From: Clostridia bacterium
GTDB taxonomy: Bacteria > Bacillota > Clostridia > Christensenellales > CAG-1252
DNA: 64,000 bases
Direction of reading: 5' to 3'
NCBI GenBank assembly: GCA_024685775.1
Contig: JAIKVL010000033.1
Coordinates: 7,908 to 71,907, forward strand
In this document: one piece after another, positions 51,648 through 59,814 of the stretch
Numbering within the stretch: position 1 is the first letter of the stretch
Layout: every line of letters begins with the position of its first letter
Notes under the pieces: generated by a model
Seen by the model: the letters and a program-made list of their open reading frames with translations, nothing else
Told to the model about the DNA's origin: nothing
The model's database searches: none
Made by a program: the position numbers and the translations under genes

Positions 51648-52271
51648 ATGAAACGAGGAAAATTCATCGTCTTCGAAGGAATCGACGGCAGCGGGAAAAG
51701 CACGCACGCCGCCCTTCTTAAAGAAAAGCTCGAAGCATCGGGTGAAAAAGTATATTTGACCGCGGAGCCGTCGGAAGGCGAAGCGGGCAAGCTCCTGCGC
51801 CGCTGTTTGCGGGGAGAATCCGATCTTCCCGAAGAGGCGATCGCGGGGCTTTTTATGACCGATCGACTGGATCATATCAAGAACCCGAACGGCGGTCTTC
51901 TCTCCCGCTTGGAAAAGGGCGAGATCATCCTTTGCGACCGCTATTATTTCTCTTCTTTCGCCTATAACGGCGCTTATGCGCCCCTTGATTGGGTCATGGC
52001 GATCAACGCGCTTCCCCGCGCCCTGCTCCGCCCCGATCTGACGCTTTTTTTGGACATTCCGCCCGAGCGTTTTTTAAGCCGCATCGAGAACCGCTCCGAA
52101 ACCGAACGCTACGAAAAGCTCGAAGTGTTGAAGCGCGTTCGCGAAAACTATTTCGCGGCGTTTGAAAAATTCCCCGACGAGAACGTCGCCGTGATCGATA
52201 ACGACAAACCCCTCGCCGAAGCCGCGGAGGACGTCTACCTCGCGGTCAAATCGCTTTTCGAAGCCCGCTGA
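51648..52271 (+). CDS. tmk: Thymidylate kinase
   Basis: KFIVFEGIDGSGKSTHAALL...LCDRYYFSSFAY. Confidence 0.93.
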   Translation: MKRGKFIVFEGIDGSGKSTHAALLKEKLEASGEKVYLTAEPSEGEAGKLLRRCLRGESDLPEEAIAGLFMTDRLDHIKNPNGGLLSRLEKGEIILCDRYYFSSFAYNGAYAPLDWVMAINALPRALLRPDLTLFLDIPPERFLSRIENRSETERYEKLEVLKRVRENYFAAFEKFPDENVAVIDNDKPLAEAAEDVYLAVKSLFEAR

Positions 52272-52286
52272 CGGGCTTTTCTTCTT

Positions 52287-53810
52287 ATGCCGGAGATCCA
52301 GAACCTGATCCTTCCCCTCGGCGCGAGTCAAGCCGAGATCAAAAAAGCCGCCGCGAAAAAAGCGGGGCTTGATCTTTCGCGCGTAAAAACTTTTCTCATT
52401 ACAAAAGAATCCATCGACGCCCGCCGCAAAAGCGAGATCAAAAAGGTCTATTCCGTCCTGATCTCCGAAGCGGTCGAAAAGGAAGCGGAACTCTCGATCC
52501 CGAAGATCGGCGAACGCTCCTTCCGCCCGATCGTCGTCGGATTCGGTCCCGCCGGGATCTTCGCGTCTTACGTCCTTGCGCGCGCGGGAATGAAACCCAT
52601 CGTCCTCGAACGCGGGTTTCCGATCGAAGAGCGCGTAAAAGGCGTGGAATCCCTGTGGAAAAAGGGCGTCCTTATGAAAGACGCGAACGCGGAGTACGGC
52701 GAAGGCGGCGCGGGCGCATTCTCGGACGGAAAACTAAACAGCGGCGTTAAGGACAAAGAACTTTCCTCGTTCGTCTTAAAGACGTTCGTTTCCTGCGGCG
52801 CGCCCGAAGAGATCGCCTATCTCGCAAAACCCCATATCGGGACGGATCGGCTGAGAGAAGCCGTCGTTTCGCTCAGAAAAAAGATCGAAAGCCTCGGCGG
52901 CGAGATCCGCTTTTCCGCGCAAATGACCGATATAAGAAAAGAAGGAAACCTGATCCGCGTCCGCGCGGACGAGGACTACGAGACCGACCGACTGATCCTC
53001 GCGATCGGACACAGCGCGCGCGACACCTACGAGCTTCTCGAGCGGCGCGGCTTTTTGATGGAGAACAAACCCTTCGCCGTCGGCGTCCGCATCGAACAGT
53101 TGCAAAAAAGAATCAATCTCGCGATGTTCGGAAAAGAAAGCGATCCCCTGCTCCCGCCCGCGGATTACAAGATCTGGGAACACACGAAGGCGGGCGGCGC
53201 GTACAGCTTCTGTATGTGCCCCGGGGGCTTCGTCGTCTGCGCCTCGTCGGAAGACGGCGGCGTCGTAACGAACGGAATGAGCTATCACGCGCGCGACGGG
53301 AAGAACGCGAACGCCGCGCTCCTCGTCGGCGTGGACGAAGCGGATTACGGAAAAAAACTGCTCGGCGGCGTTTCCTATCAACGCGCGCTCGAACAAAGCG
53401 CGTTCCGCGCGGCGGGCGGCGGTTTCAAAGCCCCTTGCCAACGCGTCGCGGACTTTATGAAGAAACAAAAAGGAACGCTTGACGGCGCGGTCGCCCCGAC
53501 CTACGCGCCGGGAGTCGCCCCTTGCGACTTAAACGCGATCCTTCCCCCTCGCGTTTCGGAAGCGTTGCGCCTCGCGCTCCCCGTTTTCGACCGAAAGATC
53601 AAAGGATTCTCCGCTCCGGACAACCTTTTGACGGGCGTGGAAACGCGCAGTTCTTCCCCCGTTCGCGTTCTGCGCGGCGAAGATTATCAAAGCGTTTCTC
53701 ACCCGCGCGTTTATCCTTGCGGCGAAGGTTGCGGCTATGCGGGCGGCATTATGAGCGCGGCGATGGACGGGATCAAAATCGCGCTGCAAATCATTAAGGA
53801 ATCCCGATAG
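52287..53810 (+). CDS. FAD-dependent oxidoreductase of the COG2509 type
   Basis: The N-terminal alpha/beta part is KESIDARRK. It has the dinucleotide motif VVGFGPAGIFASYVLARAG...ERG and the C-terminal CGEGCGYAGGIMSAAMDG. Confidence 0.8.
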   Translation: MPEIQNLILPLGASQAEIKKAAAKKAGLDLSRVKTFLITKESIDARRKSEIKKVYSVLISEAVEKEAELSIPKIGERSFRPIVVGFGPAGIFASYVLARAGMKPIVLERGFPIEERVKGVESLWKKGVLMKDANAEYGEGGAGAFSDGKLNSGVKDKELSSFVLKTFVSCGAPEEIAYLAKPHIGTDRLREAVVSLRKKIESLGGEIRFSAQMTDIRKEGNLIRVRADEDYETDRLILAIGHSARDTYELLERRGFLMENKPFAVGVRIEQLQKRINLAMFGKESDPLLPPADYKIWEHTKAGGAYSFCMCPGGFVVCASSEDGGVVTNGMSYHARDGKNANAALLVGVDEADYGKKLLGGVSYQRALEQSAFRAAGGGFKAPCQRVADFMKKQKGTLDGAVAPTYAPGVAPCDLNAILPPRVSEALRLALPVFDRKIKGFSAPDNLLTGVETRSSSPVRVLRGEDYQSVSHPRVYPCGEGCGYAGGIMSAAMDGIKIALQIIKESR

Positions 53811-53840
53811 AAAAAGGTCGCCTGCGCGACCTTTCTTTTT
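53811..53840. terminator. Bidirectional intrinsic terminator between the FAD protein gene and nrdG
   Basis: The stem-loop is AGGTCGC-CTGC-GCGACCT, followed by TTCTTTTT and preceded by AAAA. Confidence 0.8.
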
Positions 53841-53863
53841 GCTTTTTCGATCTCCGCGATCCC

Positions 53864-54556
53864 TCAATACCCTCTGAGTCCGACCGTCGGCACGACTTTC
53901 GAGACTTCGGCGAGGAACTTTTTCGCCTCGGCTTCGGGGAGTTCGTGTAAAAGCCCTTGGGTCAGATTATTTTCTCCGTCTTTGAATTTCTGAATAAAGA
54001 AGCGTTTCGCGCCGCGAACGATCTCCGCGATCGCCGCGAAGTTTTTCTCGCTGTGGAATTCCGCGATCGCCGTCGTCCGAAACTCGTACTCGATCGGAGA
54101 ATTTTTCAAAAGTTCCACGCTCGATTTGACTCGTTCGAGGAGCGCGGGACTTTCCACGCCGATGACTTCGGCGTAACCCGCGAAATCGCTCTTGATATCC
54201 ATCGCCACGTAATCGAGAAGCCCCTCTCCGATCAATTCTTCGAGAAGGGCGGGGTTCGTTCCGTTGGAATCGAGCTTGACCTTATAGCCGAGCGCGCGCA
54301 CGCGTTTGATAAAATCTTTGAGGTCGGATTGCAGCGTCGGTTCGCCCCCCGTTATGCAGACGGCGTCCACAAGCCCTTTTCTCTTATTCAGATAGTCGAA
54401 CACCTCGCTTTCGGGGATCTCCGCCGCGCCGCCCGTAACGAGAATCGCGTTATGGCAAAACGGACAGCGAAAATTGCAGCCCGGCGTAAACACCGTGCAG
54501 GAAATATAGCCGTCGTAATCCACCATGGAAAACTTTTCCATTCCGCAAATCTTCAT
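53864..54556 (-). CDS. nrdG: Anaerobic ribonucleoside-triphosphate reductase activating protein (radical SAM)
   Basis: ATG 54556 is preceded by AAGGAGAA. The translation begins MKICGMEKFSMVDYDGYISCTVFTPGCNFRCPFCHN. The ORF track starts at 54682. Confidence 0.9.
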   Translation of the reverse strand: MKICGMEKFSMVDYDGYISCTVFTPGCNFRCPFCHNAILVTGGAAEIPESEVFDYLNKRKGLVDAVCITGGEPTLQSDLKDFIKRVRALGYKVKLDSNGTNPALLEELIGEGLLDYVAMDIKSDFAGYAEVIGVESPALLERVKSSVELLKNSPIEYEFRTTAIAEFHSEKNFAAIAEIVRGAKRFFIQKFKDGENNLTQGLLHELPEAEAKKFLAEVSKVVPTVGLRGY

Positions 54557-54621
54557 TTCTTCTCCTTTTGCGCCCGAACCTCGGGGGAACAAAAAAGGGC
54601 GGATACCGCCCTTTCCCTTTT

Positions 54622-55545
54622 TTATTTTAAGGCGTCGATATAACTCGCCGCGGCGATCGCCGCGACCGATCCGTCCGCGCAAGCGGTCGTCACCTGTCGG
54701 ATCTTTTTCGATCGGCAGTCTCCCGCGACGAAAAGCCCCGCGGTCTTCGTCATCGTGTCTTCGCCCGCGAGGACGTAGCCTCCGCGATCGAGATCGACGA
54801 GGTTTTTGATCGCGTCGTTATTCGGGACTTGCCCGACTGCGATAAAGCAACCTTTGACCTTATACTCTTTGATGCTCTTGTCCTTCGTGTTTTCGAAAAC
54901 CAATCCCGCAAGTTCGCCCTTCTCGTTCGTCAGGAACTTTTGAAGGGAAAGATTATGCTCGTAAGAAACGTTTTCGCGCGCGAGGACGGCGTCTACCATC
55001 GCTTTTTCGCCGAAGAAACGGTCGAAGAGCGTGCAGATATAGACGTGACGGCAGCAATTCGAAAGAAACATCGTGTAGGAAAGAGCGGTATTCGCGTCGC
55101 CGATCATGACGACGTCTTCGCCCGTAAAGAACGCGCCGTCGCAAAGGGCGCAATAGGAAACGCCTTTGCCGATGAGTTCTTCCTCGCCTTGGACGCCGAT
55201 ATGGCGATGCTTCGCCCCCGTTGCCCAAATCACGGCTTTCGCTTCGAATTCGTTGTACTCGCAACGGACGAGGAAATCCCCTTCCCCTCTTTTTACGACT
55301 TCCGAAACGCGGTCGAGTTCGAGTTCCGCGCCGAACGCGGTCATTTGCTCGAACATTTTATCCGCGAGATCGCTTCCAGAGGACGCTTGCACCGTCGGGA
55401 AATTCTCGATACGCGGAGAGTTGGACATTTGCCCGCCGATGGTTTCCGCTTCGACGACGAGGACGCTTTTTCCTGCGCGGAGCGCGTAGGTCGCCGCGCT
55501 CATTCCGGCGGGACCCGCTCCTATGATAACGATATCGTATTTCAT
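54622..55545 (-). CDS. Thioredoxin-reductase-like flavoprotein with a CxxC site but degenerate NADPH-binding motifs
   Basis: YDIVIIGAGPAGMSAA is the FAD motif, VSYCALCDGAFF the redox CxxC, and GLFVAGDC follows. Where E. coli TrxB has VIGGGNTAVEEA and HLIHRRDGFRA, this protein has MIGDANTALSYT and YICTLFDRFFG. Its start overlaps the nrdD stop (TAATG). Confidence 0.8.
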   Translation of the reverse strand: MKYDIVIIGAGPAGMSAATYALRAGKSVLVVEAETIGGQMSNSPRIENFPTVQASSGSDLADKMFEQMTAFGAELELDRVSEVVKRGEGDFLVRCEYNEFEAKAVIWATGAKHRHIGVQGEEELIGKGVSYCALCDGAFFTGEDVVMIGDANTALSYTMFLSNCCRHVYICTLFDRFFGEKAMVDAVLARENVSYEHNLSLQKFLTNEKGELAGLVFENTKDKSIKEYKVKGCFIAVGQVPNNDAIKNLVDLDRGGYVLAGEDTMTKTAGLFVAGDCRSKKIRQVTTACADGSVAAIAAASYIDALK

Positions 55546-57926
55546 TATTTCTTGCAGTTTTCGATGAAGCCTTTGATCTCGCTGGCGTTCTCGAAACGAT
55601 CGTAGCCGCCCGCCGCGTTCGGGACGAGGAGAGTCGGAGCCTTGCGAACGCCCATCTTGACGGTTTGATCTTTATTGTCTTCCGCGTCGATCGGGGTGTA
55701 CGCGATGCCCGCTTTGTCGAGCATCATTTTGCTCATTTTGCAGTTCGGGCAGGTCTTGGTCGTAAAGAGGATCATCCCTTCCGCCGCCGCGGCTTGCGCT
55801 TCTTTCGCGACCGCGCCTTCCGCGTCGTTTTTGACGTCGCCGCCCTTAAAGACCGAACCCGCGATATCGTAGGTCTTTCTGTGTTTGAACTCTTCGACCT
55901 TGCCGTCGTTCCAGTTTTGGACGGGGCGATAGTAGCCCGTGATACGGCTGTACACTTCGGTGGATCTGCCGCAGACGGGGCACTTTCTGACCTCGCCGGA
56001 GAGATATCCGTGTTCGGCGCAGATCGAGTACGTCGGGCTCATCGTGTAGTACGGAAGCTTATAGTTCTCCGCGATCTTTCTGACGAGGTTCGCCGCCGCC
56101 TGCCAGCTGTCGAGTTTCTGACCGAGGAAAGCGTGGAAGACCGTTCCGGAGGTGTAAAGCGTTTGGAGATCGTCTTGGATATCCAAAGCGTCGAAGATAT
56201 CGGAAGTAAAGCCGACGGGAAGGTGCGAGCTGTTGGTGTAGTACGGAGTCGCGTCTCCTTCCGAAGCGGTGATGATATCGGGGAATCTCTTCTTGTCGTG
56301 CTTCGCGAGGCGATACGCGGTGGATTCCGCGGGAGTCGCTTCGAGGTTATAAAGATCGCCGTACTCTTCTTGATAATCGGAGAGCTTTTCTCTCATAAAG
56401 TTCAAGGTCTTCTTCGTAAACTCCTGCGCCTCTTTGTGCGTCAGATCCTTACCGATCCAATTCGCGTTCAGGCAGGCTTCGTTCATACCGACGAGACCGA
56501 TCGTCGAGAAGTGGTTATTGAAGGTGCCGAGGTAACGCTTCGTGTAGGGATACAAGCCTTCGTTCAAAAGCTTGGTGATGACATTTCTTTTGATCTTCAA
56601 AGAACGCGCCGCGAGATCCATCAAGCGGGTCAATCTTTGGAAATACTCGTCTTCGGTCTTGGAAAGATAGGCGATACGCGGCATATTGATCGTAACGACG
56701 CCGACGCTGCCCGTGCTTTCGCCGCTGCCGAAGAAACCGCCGGACTTTTTCCTGAGCTCGCGGAGATCGAGGCGCAAGCGGCAGCACATCGAACGGACGT
56801 CGGACGGCTCCATATCGCTGTTGATATAGTTGCTGAAATACGGCGTTCCGTACTTTGCGGTCATTTCGAAAAGGAGTTTGTTGTTCTCGGTTTCGGACCA
56901 GTCGAAATTGCGGGTGATCGAATAGGTCGGGATCGGATATTGAAAGCCGCGGCCGTTCGCGTCGCCTTCGATCATGATCTCGATAAAGGCTTTATTGACC
57001 ATCGCCATTTCTTTGACGCAGTCCTTATACTTGAAGTCCATTTCCTTGCCGCCGACGATTGCGTTCAGCTCCGCCATATCGTTCGGAACGACCCAGTCAA
57101 GCGTGATATTCGTAAACGGAGATTGCGTGCCCCAGCGAGAGGGGGTGTTGACGCCGTAAATGAAGGATTGGATGCATTGCTTGGTCTCTTTGTAAGAAAG
57201 GTTATCCACCTTTACGAACGGCGCGAGATAGGTGTCGAACGAGGAGAACGCCTGCGCGCCCGCCCATTCGTTCTGCATAATGCCGAGAAAGTTCACCATT
57301 TGGTTACACAGGGTGGAAAGGTGACCCGCGGGAGCGGAAGTGATCTTTCCGGGGACGCCGCCGAGACCTTCTTGGATCAGCTGCTTCAAGCTCCAACCCG
57401 CGCAATAACCGGTCAGCATCGAAAGGTCGTGGATATGGATATCCGCGTTACGGTGCGCGTCCGCGATCTCGTCGTCATAGATCTCGCTGAGCCAGTAGTT
57501 CGCGGTGACCGCGCCGCTGTTGGAAAGAATCAAACCGCCGACCGAATAGGTCACGGTGCTGTTTTCCTTAACGCGCCAGTCGTTGATCTTCAAATAGTTA
57601 TCGACGGTGGACTTATAGTCGACGAGCGTGGAGCGCATATTACGCACTTTCTCGTGTTGCTTTCTGTAAAGAATGTAACTCTTGGAAACGTCCACGAAGC
57701 TCGCTTGGATCAAGACGACCTCGACGCTGTCCTGAATGTCTTCGACGGTTACGCAATCGTCTTTAACCTTATTCTGGAAATCCGCGCAAACTTTCAGCGC
57801 GATTAAATCAATGATGTCGTCCGTATGCGCGCGGTTGACCGAATCGAATGCTTTTACGATCGCGACTTTGATCTTTCCGAGATCGAAAGGCACGATTTGT
57901 CCGTCTCTTTTCTTTACGTTTAACAT
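55545..57926 (-). CDS. nrdD: Anaerobic (class III) ribonucleoside-triphosphate reductase with an N-terminal ATP-cone and a C-terminal fused glutaredoxin/NrdH-like domain
   Basis: The protein is 793 aa. The ATP-cone is MLNVKKRDGQIVPFDLGKIKVAI. The Zn site and glycyl radical region are CAEHGYLSGEVRKCPVCG...YSRITGYYRPVQNWNDGK. About 40 aa of linker follow, then ILFTTKTCPNCKMSKMMLDKAGIAYTPIDAE...APTLLV. Confidence 0.93.
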   Translation of the reverse strand: MLNVKKRDGQIVPFDLGKIKVAIVKAFDSVNRAHTDDIIDLIALKVCADFQNKVKDDCVTVEDIQDSVEVVLIQASFVDVSKSYILYRKQHEKVRNMRSTLVDYKSTVDNYLKINDWRVKENSTVTYSVGGLILSNSGAVTANYWLSEIYDDEIADAHRNADIHIHDLSMLTGYCAGWSLKQLIQEGLGGVPGKITSAPAGHLSTLCNQMVNFLGIMQNEWAGAQAFSSFDTYLAPFVKVDNLSYKETKQCIQSFIYGVNTPSRWGTQSPFTNITLDWVVPNDMAELNAIVGGKEMDFKYKDCVKEMAMVNKAFIEIMIEGDANGRGFQYPIPTYSITRNFDWSETENNKLLFEMTAKYGTPYFSNYINSDMEPSDVRSMCCRLRLDLRELRKKSGGFFGSGESTGSVGVVTINMPRIAYLSKTEDEYFQRLTRLMDLAARSLKIKRNVITKLLNEGLYPYTKRYLGTFNNHFSTIGLVGMNEACLNANWIGKDLTHKEAQEFTKKTLNFMREKLSDYQEEYGDLYNLEATPAESTAYRLAKHDKKRFPDIITASEGDATPYYTNSSHLPVGFTSDIFDALDIQDDLQTLYTSGTVFHAFLGQKLDSWQAAANLVRKIAENYKLPYYTMSPTYSICAEHGYLSGEVRKCPVCGRSTEVYSRITGYYRPVQNWNDGKVEEFKHRKTYDIAGSVFKGGDVKNDAEGAVAKEAQAAAAEGMILFTTKTCPNCKMSKMMLDKAGIAYTPIDAEDNKDQTVKMGVRKAPTLLVPNAAGGYDRFENASEIKGFIENCKK

Positions 57927-57977
57927 AGTTCCTCCAAATAGCGGGTCTCCCGCTTCTCAAAAATTTCGTACTCGTTT

Positions 57978-58006
57978 AGTATAGCAACCGAACCCGCCTT
58001 TGTCAA
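57978..58006 (-). promoter_or_regulatory. Sigma-70-type promoter for the nrdD operon
   Basis: On the minus strand it reads TTGACA (58006-58001), a 17 nt spacer, then TATACT (57983-57978). Confidence 0.6.
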
Positions 58007-58015
58007 TAGGAAAAA

Positions 58016-58063
58016 TTACAAAATATTGCGATTTTTCAAATTCGTCAACACAAGATATTGTGG
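58016..58063. promoter_or_regulatory. Tandem NrdR-box-like operators
   Basis: ACACAAGATATTGTGG (58048-58063) matches 14/16 positions of the ACACAATATATTGTGT-type consensus. TTACAAAATATTGCGA (58016-58031) matches 11/16. The box starts are 32 bp apart, about three helical turns. Confidence 0.6.
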
Positions 58064-58216
58064 TTTTATTCGATTTCAACCACAACCGTTTTTTCAAGGA
58101 TTTTCGCTTTGTTCGACAATTTCCGCATTTTTTAAGATTTTTTAATAATTCGTCTGCGGGCAAAACCGTTTCAATAATTTTTCAAAACGCCGACATACTA
58201 TGCGCGAGGTATGTTT

Positions 58217-58423
58217 ATGAAAATTTGGTCGTACGTTTTACTCGCCGTCTTAGTCGTCGCCGCGCTGTTTTTGTACTTCGTGCCGACCGTGATCGCGTTT
58301 AAGAGCGGAAGAGACGGGAAATGGCTGATCTTCGCGCTGAACGCCCTGCTCGGCGTAACGATCCTCGGTTGGATCGGCGCGCTTCTTTGGGCGACCTCGC
58401 CGAGAACTTCCGCGCAAAAATGA
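58217..58423 (+). CDS. Superinfection-immunity (Imm_superinfect) family small membrane protein
   Basis: MKIWSYVLLAVLVVAALFLYFVPTVIAFKSGRDGKWLIFALNALLGVTILGWIGALLWA matches the family pattern (YFlPtiiA..r.h.....IfllNlllGwT.lGWi.aLiWA). GAGGT lies 6 nt before ATG 58217. The ORF track starts at 58211. Confidence 0.75.
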   Translation: MKIWSYVLLAVLVVAALFLYFVPTVIAFKSGRDGKWLIFALNALLGVTILGWIGALLWATSPRTSAQK

Positions 58424-59718
58424 AAAAGTTCGTCGCCGTGGCGTTCCTCGCCGCGCTTTTTCTTCTCCTCTTCGGAGGGAGCGCGCCTTACGTCAAAAAG
58501 CCCCTGACCGTCGCGATCGACGGAGAGACGGTTTTCGAGGGAGAGATCAGGATCGACGCGATCGTAAGCCGCCGCGCGGTCAAACACGGCGGGTATCTTC
58601 GATTTTATAAAGACTTGCGCGCGCGTTACGGGGAAAAGGAATCGCTGAACTATCTTTCGCGAGGACTCGGCGATTTCCTTTCGGCGGCGTGCGAGCGAAA
58701 AAGGATCGATCCTTTGTCCGCCGCGATGGAATGGACGAAAGATCTCTCTTCCCCTTTCATCTACTACGAAGCGCGCGATGGGCGGGAGATCCCCTCGGAC
58801 GAGCTCGGGCGAAGGGTCGCGGCGGCGCTCGACGGAAAGGGCGAAGCGAAAGTCTTTTCCGCTTCGGTTCGACCCGAAGTTACGGTCTCGGATCTCAAAG
58901 CCCGAACGCGCGAAATGGGGAGATTTACGACCTACTTTCACACTTCGGGCGAAAACAGGCGACATAATCTGAAACTCGCCGCCGAAGCGATCTCGGGGAC
59001 CGTCCTCGGCGCGGGCGAGACCTTTTCCTTTAACGAAGCGGTCGGCGAACGGACGGAAGAGAGGGGTTTTCGGATCGCGACCGTCGTCGTCGGCGGCGAC
59101 TTCGTTAAAGGCGTCGGCGGCGGGGTCTGCCAAGTCAGCACGACCCTTTATAACGCCGCGCTGCTCTCCTCTCTTCCGATCGGGAAAGCCGCGGCGCATT
59201 CCCGCCCCGTCTCCTACGTCCCCTATGCGAGAGACTGCACCGTCTCTTCCGCGATCGACTTTACCTTTACGAACGACACGCCCCACCCCGTCTATCTCGC
59301 GGCGAAGATCGAAGAGGGCGCGCTGACGTTCGCGCTGTTCGGCGAAAGGAAAGAAGGCTCGGTCACGCTTCAAAGCGAAGTCACGGAGAGGATCCCCTTT
59401 CGCGCCCTAACCGAGGACGGCGCTCCCGCCTCGCTCGAAGCAAAGCAGCTTTCTCCCGGAAGAGAAGGGATCAAAAGCCGCCTGTACCTCGTCCGAACGA
59501 AGAACGGCGTCACGACGAAGACCCTCGTTCGGGAAGCCTACTATCCGCCGAAAAACGCAATCTACGCAAACGAATGCGAAACCGTCGCGCTATGTAGCGG
59601 GCGCGGCGCGCCCTCCCCTTACTCCTTGGTGAAAGAAGTATTCGTGCATTTCGGGCAAGGCGGAATCTTGTCGTTCTTGCCGAGGCAGACGTCCGTGCCG
59701 CAGTTCGTGCAGCTGTAA
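58420..59718 (+). CDS. VanW family protein with an N-terminal signal/anchor
   Basis: ATG 58420 overlaps the upstream stop as ATGA. The N-terminus is MKKFVAVAFLAALFLLLFGG. The VanW core is GETFSFNEAVGERTEERGF...GGGVCQVSTTLYNAAL...AHSRPVSYVPYARDCTV. The last ~100 nt overlap a convergent small gene. Confidence 0.8.
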   Translation: MKKFVAVAFLAALFLLLFGGSAPYVKKPLTVAIDGETVFEGEIRIDAIVSRRAVKHGGYLRFYKDLRARYGEKESLNYLSRGLGDFLSAACERKRIDPLSAAMEWTKDLSSPFIYYEARDGREIPSDELGRRVAAALDGKGEAKVFSASVRPEVTVSDLKARTREMGRFTTYFHTSGENRRHNLKLAAEAISGTVLGAGETFSFNEAVGERTEERGFRIATVVVGGDFVKGVGGGVCQVSTTLYNAALLSSLPIGKAAAHSRPVSYVPYARDCTVSSAIDFTFTNDTPHPVYLAAKIEEGALTFALFGERKEGSVTLQSEVTERIPFRALTEDGAPASLEAKQLSPGREGIKSRLYLVRTKNGVTTKTLVREAYYPPKNAIYANECETVALCSGRGAPSPYSLVKEVFVHFGQGGILSFLPRQTSVPQFVQL

Positions 59719-59759
59719 ACGCCGTCGCCGGGTTTTTCGCCGGTGTGATAGTACTTCAT
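59619..59759 (-). CDS. Small zinc-ribbon protein (46 aa), not in the ORF track
   Basis: Hand translation gives MKYYHTGEKPGDGVYSCTNCGTDVCLGKNDKIPPCPKCTNTSFTKE. GGAGGG lies 6 nt upstream of ATG 59759. It has two CxxC pairs. Confidence 0.7.
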   Translation of the reverse strand: MKYYHTGEKPGDGVYSCTNCGTDVCLGKNDKIPPCPKCTNTSFTKE

Positions 59760-59814
59760 GCGTCACCCTCCTTTTTTTGATATCCGAATTATGGACGAAC
59801 GGCGAAAAACTATA

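Noticed and set aside
58211-58423. The superinfection-immunity family gene as evidence for a prophage.
   Set aside because: No integrase, terminase, capsid, repressor or att-like repeats lie nearby. The neighbours are nrdD and VanW/spm housekeeping genes.
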